Positions 1 through 9,437 of a DNA stretch of 61,962 nt are shown in pieces (positions within the stretch are counted from its first letter, which is position 1; each line of letters starts with the position of its first letter). The notes below the pieces were generated by a model that worked only from the letters and a program-made list of their open reading frames with translations, did no database searches and had not been told where the DNA came from. The translations under genes and the position numbers were made by a program. Source of the DNA: Candidatus Bathyarchaeota archaeon. Its GTDB lineage: Archaea > Thermoproteota > Bathyarchaeia > 40CM-2-53-6 > RBG-13-38-9. Location of the stretch: positions 1 to 61,962 of the forward strand of contig JAOZGX010000114.1 in assembly GCA_026015185.1 (NCBI GenBank). Direction: 5' to 3'.

Positions 1-117
1 CAATTTTCCAAATTGATAAAAATCCATACTGGATTGGAAATGGATAAGAAAGTCCTCAAATATAACGGCTTGCCATTCTCAATTGAAGAGGTTATGGAAC
101 ATTTGAAGAGTTTATAG
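1..117 (+). CDS. 2-oxoacid:ferredoxin oxidoreductase alpha subunit, C-terminal fragment (5' end outside window)
   Basis: Frame 1 is open from position 1 to TAG at 115-117 (...[22 protein letters not shown]). It ends 8 nt before the beta-subunit gene. The KYxGxPF tail is typical of the alpha subunit C-terminus. Confidence 0.5.
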   Translation, partial: QFSKLIKIHTGLEMDKKVLKYNGLPFSIEEVMEHLKSL

Positions 118-124
118 ATATTGG

Positions 125-1000
125 GTGAACAATTTGGATCCAAGTAACTATGATATTGAAAATATTGATATAGCTTGGTGCCCTGGGTGTGGAAATTATG
201 GAATTTTAGAAATCTTGAAGGCGAGTTTAGCTGAACTAAACATTCCTCCAGAAAATCTTGTGATTGTTTCAGGTATTGGTCAAGCAGCCAAAATCCCCCA
301 CTATCTTAGAACGAATTTTTTTAATGGTTTACATGGAAGGTCACTCCCAGTCGCTTCAGCTATAAAAGCTAGCAATCCTGGACTTACAGTATTGGCTGAA
401 AGTGGGGATGGATGTATGTATGGTGAAGGTGGAAATCATTTCGTTCAAGCAATTCGCAGAAATTCTAACATTACTAATATAGTTCATAACAACATGGTTT
501 ATAGTCTAACCAAGGGACAAGCTTCTCCAACAAGCGATATTGGATTTAAAACTCCTATTCAGGTTGATGGAGTATTCCATGAACCTTTTAATCCCTTATC
601 TATTGCAATTGCCCTAGACGCATCATTTGTTGCAAGAGCATATGTAGGAGATTCTGAAAAAACAAAAGCTATTATGAAAAAAGCAATCTTACATAAAGGC
701 TATGCATTAGTGGATATCCTGCAACCATGTGTGGTCTATAATAAAATGAACACCTACAAATGGTTCGCAGAAAATACCTACTATTTAGAGAAATCATATG
801 AATCCACTAATAGAGTAGTAGCTTTTAAAAGAGCTATAGAGAAAGAGAGTATTCCTTTAGGTATTTTCTATACAAATACTAACAAACCAACATTTGAAGA
901 GAATCTGAGTGTCTATCACGTAAATAAAAATCCACTTTACAAAAGGAAAAGGGAATATAAAAAATTACAAAATATAATTGATTCAAAGCGAGTTTCATAA
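125..1000 (+). CDS. 2-oxoacid:ferredoxin oxidoreductase beta subunit (TPP-binding)
   Basis: N-terminal CPGCGNYG motif and TPP-binding [13 protein letters not shown]...[14 protein letters not shown] start. Confidence 0.85.
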   Translation: MNNLDPSNYDIENIDIAWCPGCGNYGILEILKASLAELNIPPENLVIVSGIGQAAKIPHYLRTNFFNGLHGRSLPVASAIKASNPGLTVLAESGDGCMYGEGGNHFVQAIRRNSNITNIVHNNMVYSLTKGQASPTSDIGFKTPIQVDGVFHEPFNPLSIAIALDASFVARAYVGDSEKTKAIMKKAILHKGYALVDILQPCVVYNKMNTYKWFAENTYYLEKSYESTNRVVAFKRAIEKESIPLGIFYTNTNKPTFEENLSVYHVNKNPLYKRKREYKKLQNIIDSKRVS

Positions 1001-1016
1001 AAGACTAGTTAAGTCT

Positions 1017-1952
1017 CTATTCTTGAATCTTTAATATCTTTGCTAATTTATCATCTCTCCAACGTACCATATCTTCAAAAGATTTCTTTTTAATCATGGG
1101 AATTTGCTCTAAACCTGCAAAAGCTTTCAAAACAGCATGATAGGGAATTTCCTTCCAATCATTCATACTTTTCAGGTATTCATTAAATCCATGTTGTATG
1201 GTATCTATATGGTATTTTAGACCCTTTGGGCCTCCACCAAGATGGAGGGTTAAAAACGGTCCCATAATACCCCATCTAGCACCAGGTCCAGCCCACACGG
1301 CTTTATCCACATCTTCAACACTCGCTACACCTTCATTCACCAAATTTAGAGCCTCACGCCAAAGCGCTGCTTGAAGTCTATTTCCTATGAAGCCTGGTAC
1401 TTCTTTCTTGACTATAACTGGTATCTTACCAAGTTTTTCAATAAAGTCATAAGTTTTTTGAGTTGTTGTTTGAGCAGTTTTTTTACCAGGTACAATCTCA
1501 ACTAGTTTTAATAATAGCGGGGGATTCCAAGGATGTGCAACTATGCATCTTTCTGGCTTTGCTGCTGCCTTTTGAATCTCTGACATTAGAAGTCCAGATG
1601 TGCTAGAAGCAATTATTGTAGACTCATTCGCTTTATCGATTTCAGAAAAAATCTCTCTTTTTACATCATAACTCTCAAAAGTAGACTCCTGGACATAATC
1701 CGAATCTTTAACACATTCAGATATAGAGTTTGTAAGATTGATTCTTCTTAGAGCATCGCTGGCTTCCTTTTTGGTTATCAAACCTTTTTCAGCTAAGAAA
1801 TTAGTACTGAACCTAATTCTTTCCATAGCGCTTTTGAGGAGTTCTTTACTCATATCATATATCGAAACATCCAATCCTTTAATTGAAAAGAGCGTGGCCC
1901 AACTATGTCCAATTGTCCCTACACCAATACACGAGACATTCTTTATTTCCAA
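1017..1952 (-). CDS. 3-hydroxyacyl-CoA dehydrogenase family protein (NAD-binding)
   Basis: Rossmann motif IGVGTIGHSWA at the N-terminus, HPWNPP and GFIGNRLQ motifs, about 310 aa. TTG start. Confidence 0.75.
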   Translation of the reverse strand: MEIKNVSCIGVGTIGHSWATLFSIKGLDVSIYDMSKELLKSAMERIRFSTNFLAEKGLITKKEASDALRRINLTNSISECVKDSDYVQESTFESYDVKREIFSEIDKANESTIIASSTSGLLMSEIQKAAAKPERCIVAHPWNPPLLLKLVEIVPGKKTAQTTTQKTYDFIEKLGKIPVIVKKEVPGFIGNRLQAALWREALNLVNEGVASVEDVDKAVWAGPGARWGIMGPFLTLHLGGGPKGLKYHIDTIQHGFNEYLKSMNDWKEIPYHAVLKAFAGLEQIPMIKKKSFEDMVRWRDDKLAKILKIQE

Positions 1953-2095
1953 AATCGCGCACCTTTACCATAATCTCAGTAGAACAAATATATAATTTTC
2001 CCCAATTGAAAGATAAGAATTTCAGTAATAACTTTTGCTTTTGCTAAGTTTTTTAATAAGAGTTCTTCAGTTATTGGAGTTACAGAGGCAGTATT

Positions 2096-2524
2096 ATGGA
2101 TTCTAAAAAGAATCAAATAAAATTTCATCATATTAGTATTGTTGTAAAATCAAATACAATCAAAGACTTGCTTTTTACTTTTTTCGATGAATTAAAAGAA
2201 AGTGCACTACCTTTTAATTTTGAGAGCGTAGATCTAACGCTTCTACCTCTTGGCGGAGCCTACTTAGAACTTGTCCATCCACACGGGAATGAACAGATGG
2301 AGAAATTCTTAAAAGTAAGAGGAGAAGCCATACATCATTTTTGTTTTGAAGTTATAGATCTCAATTATTGGTTAGACAGATGCGAGAAAATTGGTTTTAA
2401 AATACATCATAAAGACGATAGATGCTTTTTTATCCACCCCAATTCTTTAGGAGGAATTTTATTGGAATTTATTAGATTTGCTGAAGATGATCCAATGAAA
2501 AGTTCATCCCTATTACAGAATTGA
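2096..2524 (+). CDS. VOC/glyoxalase-family protein (methylmalonyl-CoA epimerase-like)
   Basis: FHHISIVV...LELVHP...HHFCFEV...LLEFI pattern of paired beta-alpha-beta-beta-beta modules. Confidence 0.6.
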   Translation: MDSKKNQIKFHHISIVVKSNTIKDLLFTFFDELKESALPFNFESVDLTLLPLGGAYLELVHPHGNEQMEKFLKVRGEAIHHFCFEVIDLNYWLDRCEKIGFKIHHKDDRCFFIHPNSLGGILLEFIRFAEDDPMKSSSLLQN

Positions 2525-2562
2525 AATTAAATGCCATTGATTTTTTTTGACATATATTTTAA

Positions 2563-3243
2563 TTAATCATCTAATCGAATCAAATTTGTTGTGTAATATT
2601 TAAATCCGGAATCAGGAATGTAAGGCATTCTAAAAATAAAATCTTCCAACTTTAATATAGATACAATTGGAACTCCCTCAATAATATTTCGTCTTGGATC
2701 ACTTAATGTTACTATAACTGGGACAATGAAGATTTTTTTAGAGGATTTTAGGGATAGCTTAGATGATAATATCTGGATTTCATTGGATAACGCCTTTGTT
2801 CTATTCAAATGTGTTTTTACGGCATCCTTAATTCTTGAGAACCAATAAAAATACATCCAATGTTTACAATCTATACTCAATATTGAATTATTTTTAGATG
2901 CTATGACATCCATTTGAAATCTCTTTTTGTTAGAGCTGAATGTAAGGTTATCAATAACTGAGTAACCATTAAGTTGAAAAGCTTCAACACTTAAATTCTC
3001 AAATTCTCTCCAATTCAATAGCTTACAAATTTCAATCGGATCCCCACCTAAATTCAAAGCCTTTAAAGCTAGTTCAATTCTTTCTTCTGAGGATTTTTCT
3101 TCTTGAATAATATTTTCTTCTTGTTCTGGAACTGAGTAATCTTCTAGGGTTGTTGTATGTTTATGATTCAGATGACTGGGTGGCCTAGTTCTTTGTAATT
3201 CTTCTTTTATTATCCTTAATTTGTCGTAATTCATTCTTTCCAA
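2563..3243 (-). CDS. Mrr-like PD-(D/E)xK nuclease-domain protein
   Basis: WREFENLSVEAFQLNGY...QMDVIA...SIDCKHW matches the restriction-endonuclease (Mrr_cat) core D...(D/E)xK. Confidence 0.5.
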   Translation of the reverse strand: MERMNYDKLRIIKEELQRTRPPSHLNHKHTTTLEDYSVPEQEENIIQEEKSSEERIELALKALNLGGDPIEICKLLNWREFENLSVEAFQLNGYSVIDNLTFSSNKKRFQMDVIASKNNSILSIDCKHWMYFYWFSRIKDAVKTHLNRTKALSNEIQILSSKLSLKSSKKIFIVPVIVTLSDPRRNIIEGVPIVSILKLEDFIFRMPYIPDSGFKYYTTNLIRLDD

Positions 3244-3263
3244 CTAAAATATAGACGAATATT

Positions 3264-4826
3264 TTATCTTTCAAGCATGAAAGTTTCTTCATGCTCTGTA
3301 ATAGAGGGAATTCGATCCATTAGCATTCTCTCTTCAGGTTTTTTACTTAACCCGATAGGTAAAAGTTGTTTTGCAAGATTTAATGCTCCATCTAATTTTA
3401 TATTTCTCTCAGCGTATATTTCAAGAAGAATCTCGCCTTTTTTAACATAATCTCCAAGTTTAGTCTTTAGAACGATTCCCGCTCCACTTTCTTTAGGTGC
3501 ACCCGCTTCTTTTGCAATTTGAGCAAGATCTCCATTATTAATCCATAGAACTCTGCCTTCTTTTTCAGATATTACTTCTAACATCTTATTGCCTACTTCT
3601 ATATCGCTTGGGTTAACTCTAGAATCGCCACCTTGAGCCTCAATTATCTCTCTTAATTTTTTCTCTGCCTTTCCTGATTTTATGAGATCTTCTGCCTTCT
3701 GCTTCCCATTCTTAACTCCGACCATTTCAAAGAGTATGCTTGAAATTTCTTTAGCTTTTTCGCGAAGATCTTCAGGGCCATCTCCCATTATAGTAGATAA
3801 AGCCTCTCTAGCCTCCAAAGCTGGACCAATAGCCCTACCTAATGGCTGTTCACCATACGTTACCGCACATTGAACTTTAATTCCTAAAAGTTTTCCAAGG
3901 TCTATAAAATCATGAGCAAGTGAATTTGCTTCTCCTATTGTCTTTATTTTTGCACCCCTGCCCGTAGGAATGTCTATTACTAAATGTGTCGCTCCAATAG
4001 CTTTTTTCTTACTCATTATTGATGGAAGTAAAAGTGGATCAATTGCTAAAGGATATTCGATTTGAATGAATATGTCATCAGCAGGCGCTAGATCTAATGC
4101 ACCTCCCCAGACTAAACATGCGTTTGTTTTATGTACAACCTTTTTTATTTCTTCTATGGCAAGATCCACCGGGCATAAGGTTTCTACTCTATCAGCGGTA
4201 CCCGCAGGTGAAGTCACTGCTCTAGATGAAGTTTTCGGTATTACAAAACCTGCCGCAGCTATTATTGGCACCACAAGAATAGATGTTTTATCTCCAGGAA
4301 TTCCACCAATACTGTGCTTATCAAGAATCTGCTTTTTATTAAGATCTAGAGTATTGCCTGTTTCAACCATGGCTCTTGTTAAAGCCTTAACCTCATTCAT
4401 GCTGATTCCATGAATATGAAGAGAAGTTACAAAGGAAGCGATCTCTATATCACTTAAATGGCGTTCCACTACATCCGTAACAATCTCTTTTATTTCGTTT
4501 TCTCGAAGTCTATGACCTCGAATTTTCGCTCTAACATAACTTAGTCCTTCAGGACGTTTAGCAGGTTGAACTTGAACATTATCTCCCTCCTTCAAGTTCA
4601 GAACTCTAGAGAGCTCTTCAAAAAATCCAACATGATCATGTGGAAATTCTCTGGATAAATTAATAATAGCAATTTTTTTCTTGTCTTTGTAAGTTACACA
4701 GACTCTGTCTGAGGAATGGACACCCAAATAACTAGCAGTTTCATTATCCAAGATTACAATATTTTTACCTGCTGCTTGAATATCAAGGAGTTTGGCCTTA
4801 AGATTCATACAAATCACTTCGACCAT
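3264..4826 (-). CDS. deoA: AMP phosphorylase (thymidine phosphorylase family)
   Basis: About 500 aa with the AMP-phosphorylase-specific N-terminal domain (MNLKAKLLDIQ...), DKHSIGG, and a TSSRAVTSPAGTAD phosphate/nucleoside site. The real start is probably the internal ATG at 4808. Confidence 0.85.
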   Translation of the reverse strand: MVEVICMNLKAKLLDIQAAGKNIVILDNETASYLGVHSSDRVCVTYKDKKKIAIINLSREFPHDHVGFFEELSRVLNLKEGDNVQVQPAKRPEGLSYVRAKIRGHRLRENEIKEIVTDVVERHLSDIEIASFVTSLHIHGISMNEVKALTRAMVETGNTLDLNKKQILDKHSIGGIPGDKTSILVVPIIAAAGFVIPKTSSRAVTSPAGTADRVETLCPVDLAIEEIKKVVHKTNACLVWGGALDLAPADDIFIQIEYPLAIDPLLLPSIMSKKKAIGATHLVIDIPTGRGAKIKTIGEANSLAHDFIDLGKLLGIKVQCAVTYGEQPLGRAIGPALEAREALSTIMGDGPEDLREKAKEISSILFEMVGVKNGKQKAEDLIKSGKAEKKLREIIEAQGGDSRVNPSDIEVGNKMLEVISEKEGRVLWINNGDLAQIAKEAGAPKESGAGIVLKTKLGDYVKKGEILLEIYAERNIKLDGALNLAKQLLPIGLSKKPEERMLMDRIPSITEHEETFMLER

Positions 4827-4892
4827 TAGATACTAAATCTTTAAAATAACTCTTAGGTTTTTTTAAAGAAAAGTAAATAGGTTTGTTTCATT

Positions 4893-6122
4893 TTGAAATA
4901 TTTAGATTTTGTTGACTTGGAGTATAAACCAAAAGAAACTGATATTATTTGCACATTTTATATTGAACCAGAGGGTATCGGAATTAAAGAAGCTGCAGGT
5001 GGAGTTGCTGCTGAAAGTTCGATAGGTACTTGGACTGAGCTTACAACTGCAAAATCTTACATTGACGAATTAGCTGCACATGTCTTTAGCATTGAAGAAA
5101 ACGATGTTAAAATAGCTTATCCTGTAGAGCTTTTTGAATTTGGAAATGTGCCAAATATTCTGAGTAGTGTTTCAGGGAACGTCTTTGGGTTAAAGACACT
5201 TAAGAATTTAAGATTTAATGATATCATGATCCCAAAAGAAATTCAAAAGAGCTTTAGTGGTCCAAAATTTGGGATTGAAGGAATTCGTGAACTTTTTAGA
5301 ATCTATGAAAGGCCCTTAGTAGGGACAATAATCAAACCTAAACTTGGATTGAAGACAGAAGACCATGCAAAAGTTGCTTACGACTCATGGATTGGAGGAT
5401 GCGATATAGTTAAAGATGACGAAAATCTAAGCAGTCAAAAATTCAATCCGTTTAAAGATAGAGTTATTAAGACATTAGAGAGTAGAGATAAAGCCGAAGA
5501 AGAGACTAACGAAAAAAAAGTATATTTAGTAAATGTAACCGCTGAAACCGATGAAATGCTGAAGAGAGCTGAATTTGTACTTGATCAGGGCGGTGAGTAT
5601 GTCATGATTGATATATTAACCTGTGGTTTTGCATCTTTACAAACACTTCGTAAACAAGACTTTGGTTTAGTAATCCACGCTCATAGGGCTGGTCATGCTG
5701 CATTTACAAAAAATCCTAGACATGGAATTTCAATGAAAGTTATTGCAAAGATATCTAGATTGATTGGTGTAGACCAGCTTCATGTAGGTACTATTGTCGG
5801 AAAAATGTTTGAATCAAAAGAGGATGTAATGGCAAATGTAGAGGCCTTAAAAGAAATGATCGATAACCTGAAATCTGTCTTACCTGTAGCCTCTGGGGGG
5901 CTGTTTCCTGGATTGGTTCCATCTTTGATTAAGTATTTTGGAAAAGACTTTGTTATCCAAGCCGGAGGTGGAATTCATGGCCATACTGATGGAACTATCT
6001 CTGGAGCTAGATCGATGAGACAAGCTGTAGATGCAGCACTCAATGGCATAGCTTTAGATGAATATGCTAAATCAAATAAAGAGCTCAAGATTGCTTTGAA
6101 AATTTGGGGTCAAAAAAGCTAA
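4893..6122 (+). CDS. rbcL: RuBisCO large subunit, form III
   Basis: All catalytic motifs are present: KPKLGL, GGCDIVKDDENL (carbamylated Lys), HAHRAGH, LHVGT..GK, PVASGG, QAGGGIHGH. No small-subunit gene is present. TTG start. Confidence 0.9.
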   Translation: MKYLDFVDLEYKPKETDIICTFYIEPEGIGIKEAAGGVAAESSIGTWTELTTAKSYIDELAAHVFSIEENDVKIAYPVELFEFGNVPNILSSVSGNVFGLKTLKNLRFNDIMIPKEIQKSFSGPKFGIEGIRELFRIYERPLVGTIIKPKLGLKTEDHAKVAYDSWIGGCDIVKDDENLSSQKFNPFKDRVIKTLESRDKAEEETNEKKVYLVNVTAETDEMLKRAEFVLDQGGEYVMIDILTCGFASLQTLRKQDFGLVIHAHRAGHAAFTKNPRHGISMKVIAKISRLIGVDQLHVGTIVGKMFESKEDVMANVEALKEMIDNLKSVLPVASGGLFPGLVPSLIKYFGKDFVIQAGGGIHGHTDGTISGARSMRQAVDAALNGIALDEYAKSNKELKIALKIWGQKS

Positions 6123-6125
6123 GTT

Positions 6126-7046
6126 CTAGTCAAAAACCCACGGATATTTCCTTCGTATAATGTCAATTATCGAATGCGGTGGAATGATTCCCACCTCACA
6201 GATTATTCCATGAATAAAATCTCTTCTTGTAATGTCAAAAGCTGGGTTCTTAATTATTAATCCCTTTGGACTATCCTTCCAAATCTCCTCTGGGCTTCTC
6301 TCTTCTATAATTTCATAATCGCCCCGCATTGTCTGTGGGTCGAACTTTAAAAGTTCAGATACTACATAGAATGGAGTTCGTGCTTCATGAGCAGCTAGTG
6401 CAATCGCACTTGTACCGATTTTATTAATAACATTTCCTTCCGAAGTTATGGCATCAGATCCCACTAATACCAGGTCAACATTATTAATATAGTATCGCGC
6501 TGCTGAATCTACAATTAAAGTTGTTTTTATTCCAAGTTCAAGCATTTCTTTTGCTGTTAATCGTCCCTGAAAGCGTGGCCTTGTTTCTGTGCAAATTATA
6601 TCAAAGGATTTTCCATTTTTCTTGGCTATTTTTAATAACTGGGTTACTGTTGAAGAGTGACAATGTGTTAGAATTAGTGAGCTTTCATTAATTCTTCGAG
6701 CACCTATATTTGCGATTTCTTTTTTTGAATTATCAAGAACCTTTAGGAATTCTTGTGTAGCTATGGAAATTATTCTATTGAATTCTTCAATTTCATCACT
6801 TTTACAATTCTTTACTTGATTAATCACACATCTGATTATATTTCGCATTAAAGGCTCGGTTTCTCTCGTCTCAAAAAGGATTTTTTTTGCTTCATTGAGT
6901 TCTTGCAGAAATTCTTCTTTATTTTTTGATTTTGTTTCCTTTGATGAGGTCTCTAAAGCTTTTATCGCCGATATAGCAACATTTCTAGCTCCTTGAATTT
7001 CTAATTTTCTTATTTTTTGAGCAGTCTCTTGGATTAGCTCTAACAT
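6126..7046 (-). CDS. Ribose-1,5-bisphosphate isomerase (eIF-2B alpha/beta/delta-like)
   Basis: eIF-2B-like fold motifs (ILTHCHSS, TETRPRFQGR, VGSDAITSEGNVINKIGT). Lies adjacent to rbcL and deoA. Confidence 0.8.
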   Translation of the reverse strand: MLELIQETAQKIRKLEIQGARNVAISAIKALETSSKETKSKNKEEFLQELNEAKKILFETRETEPLMRNIIRCVINQVKNCKSDEIEEFNRIISIATQEFLKVLDNSKKEIANIGARRINESSLILTHCHSSTVTQLLKIAKKNGKSFDIICTETRPRFQGRLTAKEMLELGIKTTLIVDSAARYYINNVDLVLVGSDAITSEGNVINKIGTSAIALAAHEARTPFYVVSELLKFDPQTMRGDYEIIEERSPEEIWKDSPKGLIIKNPAFDITRRDFIHGIICEVGIIPPHSIIDIIRRKYPWVFD

Positions 7047-7123
7047 AAGTTTTCCTCAGCAGACAAGTTTATTATTCTTTACCTGGGACTATTAAAGATA
7101 TTACAAGTTAAGGTTGATATAAA

Positions 7124-7690
7124 ATGCCAAATGCATTAATGTTGCTAACCACGGGATTTGAAGAGATCGAAGCCATGACCACTATTGATATTCTTAGACG
7201 ATGTAATGTTAAAGTGACTGTTACTGGTTTAGTACCCGAACCCGTTGATGGCGCTCATGAAATAAAAATTATTCCTGATATATCGATCGAAGAAATAAAT
7301 TTGCATGATTTCGATGCAGTAATATTGCCTGGCGGAGCTCCTGGATATCAAAATCTTAGAGATGATCCAAGAGTGATCCAGATTGTAAAAGAAGCATTTG
7401 AGCAGGGTAAGATTGTTGCTGCTATTTGTGGCGCTCCTGCGGTACTTTCTGATGCTGGCATTATCAAAGATAAAAAATGCACAATATATCCTGGCATGGA
7501 AGAAGAGCTAAAGAAAGGTGGAGGCCTACCTCAAAAAGATATCGTTGTGATAGATGGCAATGTGGTCACAAGCAAAGGACCTGCGACAGCTCTTCCATTT
7601 GCTCTAGCTTTGGCAGAAATAATGATGGGAAAAGAAATCGCTCAGAATACTAGAAAGAATACCTTATCTGATCTTGTATTAGCAGATTGA
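7124..7690 (+). CDS. DJ-1/PfpI/ThiJ family protein
   Basis: LPGG...AAICGAP nucleophile-elbow Cys, 188 aa. Confidence 0.8.
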   Translation: MPNALMLLTTGFEEIEAMTTIDILRRCNVKVTVTGLVPEPVDGAHEIKIIPDISIEEINLHDFDAVILPGGAPGYQNLRDDPRVIQIVKEAFEQGKIVAAICGAPAVLSDAGIIKDKKCTIYPGMEEELKKGGGLPQKDIVVIDGNVVTSKGPATALPFALALAEIMMGKEIAQNTRKNTLSDLVLAD

Positions 7691-7727
7691 ATGAGGTTTA
7701 GCTGGCACATATTATGAATTTACATAT

Positions 7728-8024
7728 TCACTCAAGCTTCTTAATAATATGATAACCAAATTTTGTTTTTACAACAGGAGATATTTCGCCTTTCTGTAGT
7801 GAAAATGCAGCTTTCTCAAATTCTTTAACCATCTGTCCTCTACTAAAAGTTCCAAGATCGCCTCCCCGTTTTTTTGATGGGCAAAGTGAAACTTCTTTTG
7901 CAATATTTGCGAACTTATCTCCTTTTTTTAATCTTTCAAGAATATTTTGAGCTTCTTTCTCATTTTTTACTAAAATGTGGGCACAATGAACTTGATTTGA
8001 CATAAGGATTTGATTGCGTAACAT
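7728..8024 (-). CDS. Parvulin-type peptidyl-prolyl cis-trans isomerase (PinA-like)
   Basis: HILV...GGDLG.FSRGQMVKEFE.AAF....GEIS.PVKT.FGYHIIK. The start is probably at the internal Met (about 8003). Confidence 0.85.
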   Translation of the reverse strand: MLRNQILMSNQVHCAHILVKNEKEAQNILERLKKGDKFANIAKEVSLCPSKKRGGDLGTFSRGQMVKEFEKAAFSLQKGEISPVVKTKFGYHIIKKLE

Positions 8025-8110
8025 AGTTAATAATAGTTATCCTGCAATCAATCCAATTTCCTTTGAAATTTTTTAAAGTATATGATAAGTTATTATTAGC
8101 GTGGTAGGAC

Positions 8111-8593
8111 TTGTTTGATTGGTTACCACAAAATCCAATATTTGCCATATTCATTTGGTCTATTTTGGAATCCGCAATTTTACCTATCCCTGCTGAATTA
8201 ATAATAATTCCATATACTGCAGTTTCAAACATCAATCCACTCTTAATTGCGATAGTAGGATCTGTTGGTAGTTTAATAGGTGCCATTATAGCTTATTATA
8301 TCGGATTGAAGGGTATTGATAAATTAAGTAAAATTCTTGGTAAAGATCTAAGGAGTATGGCCACAGGATTCATACAAAAATACAAGAGATTCGGAAAATA
8401 TGGTTTTATGACTGCTCTAGCTTTTGGTAGATTATTTCCTTTAAGCCTTAAACCCTTGATGTTCTATGCTGGGGCTATTCGATTTAAATTGCTTGATTAC
8501 TCAATAGTTATACTCATTTGTAGTTTTATTAGATACTTTATTGCTGCATCAATAGGAGAGAGCATCACAAATTTATTGATATCATTGGGGTAA
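8111..8593 (+). CDS. DedA/SNARE-associated family membrane protein
   Basis: About 160 aa polytopic membrane protein with a DedA-like N-terminal region (ESAILPIPAE). TTG start. Confidence 0.55.
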   Translation: MFDWLPQNPIFAIFIWSILESAILPIPAELIIIPYTAVSNINPLLIAIVGSVGSLIGAIIAYYIGLKGIDKLSKILGKDLRSMATGFIQKYKRFGKYGFMTALAFGRLFPLSLKPLMFYAGAIRFKLLDYSIVILICSFIRYFIAASIGESITNLLISLG

Positions 8594-8598
8594 AAGAG

Positions 8599-9342
8599 AT
8601 GAGGTTTGCCATTATCATTCCTGCATACAATGAAGAAAAGCATATTCGCGAGGTAGTTAGACAGTCAGTTAAATTTGGCAAAACAATAGTTGTCGATGAT
8701 GGCAGTACTGACGCTACAGCTTCAGAAGCTTCTAAAGGTGGTTCAATAGTTCTAAAGAATTCTACCAACCGAGGTAAATGGTCAGCTCTTAAAATTGGGT
8801 TTAATTATGCTTTTGATAATCTTAATGCGGAAGCAATTATTCAACTTGATGGGGATGGTCAACATGATCCCAGTGACATTCCGAAATTTATTCAAGCTTT
8901 AGAATCAGGGGCCATGATTGTTGCCGGCCAAAGAAAATTTGACCCTTCTAGAATGCCGATAGTTAGGATTATTTCAAATTCTATATCTTCCTTTGTTATT
9001 ATGGTACTCTTCTGGGTTTGGGTACCTGACACACAATGTGGTTATCGAGCTTATAGTAAAAAAGCACTAAAAACCATAATGTCCTCATTTAAAAGTAAAG
9101 GCTATGAAGGCGAAACTGAGATAATCATACTAGCAAGAATAAATCGTCTTAAAATTAAAAAAGTAGGAATTCAAACAGTTTACAACGAAGAAGAGTCAAA
9201 TGTTTCGCCTCTTCGAGATATAAGAAGATTTACATTTACAACTGCTAAAATGAGAATCTCATATATAAGACGCCAGATGACTATCAGATATTTGCGATAT
9301 AAATTTAGCATCTTGAAAAAACATTTTCTTAGCAGAAGATAA
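8599..9342 (+). CDS. Family 2 glycosyltransferase (dolichyl-phosphate sugar transferase-like)
   Basis: IIIPAYNEE, VVDDGSTD and QLDGDGQHDP (DxD) motifs. Confidence 0.8.
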   Translation: MRFAIIIPAYNEEKHIREVVRQSVKFGKTIVVDDGSTDATASEASKGGSIVLKNSTNRGKWSALKIGFNYAFDNLNAEAIIQLDGDGQHDPSDIPKFIQALESGAMIVAGQRKFDPSRMPIVRIISNSISSFVIMVLFWVWVPDTQCGYRAYSKKALKTIMSSFKSKGYEGETEIIILARINRLKIKKVGIQTVYNEEESNVSPLRDIRRFTFTTAKMRISYIRRQMTIRYLRYKFSILKKHFLSRR

Positions 9343-9437
9343 ATTAGAAAATAAAATTCTGAAAAAGGATCGATTTTACGACAGCTATTGTTTTTATAGC
9401 CTTGAATTAATATCTATTTGAAGTCTGAGGGAATATT

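Noticed and set aside
1957-1965. TCGCGCACC near the start of the 3-hydroxyacyl-CoA dehydrogenase gene as another copy of the CGCACCAAGGTACCC core
   Set aside because: Only 6-7 nt match (CGCACC followed by TTTACC instead of AAGGTACCC). That is too short to distinguish from chance.
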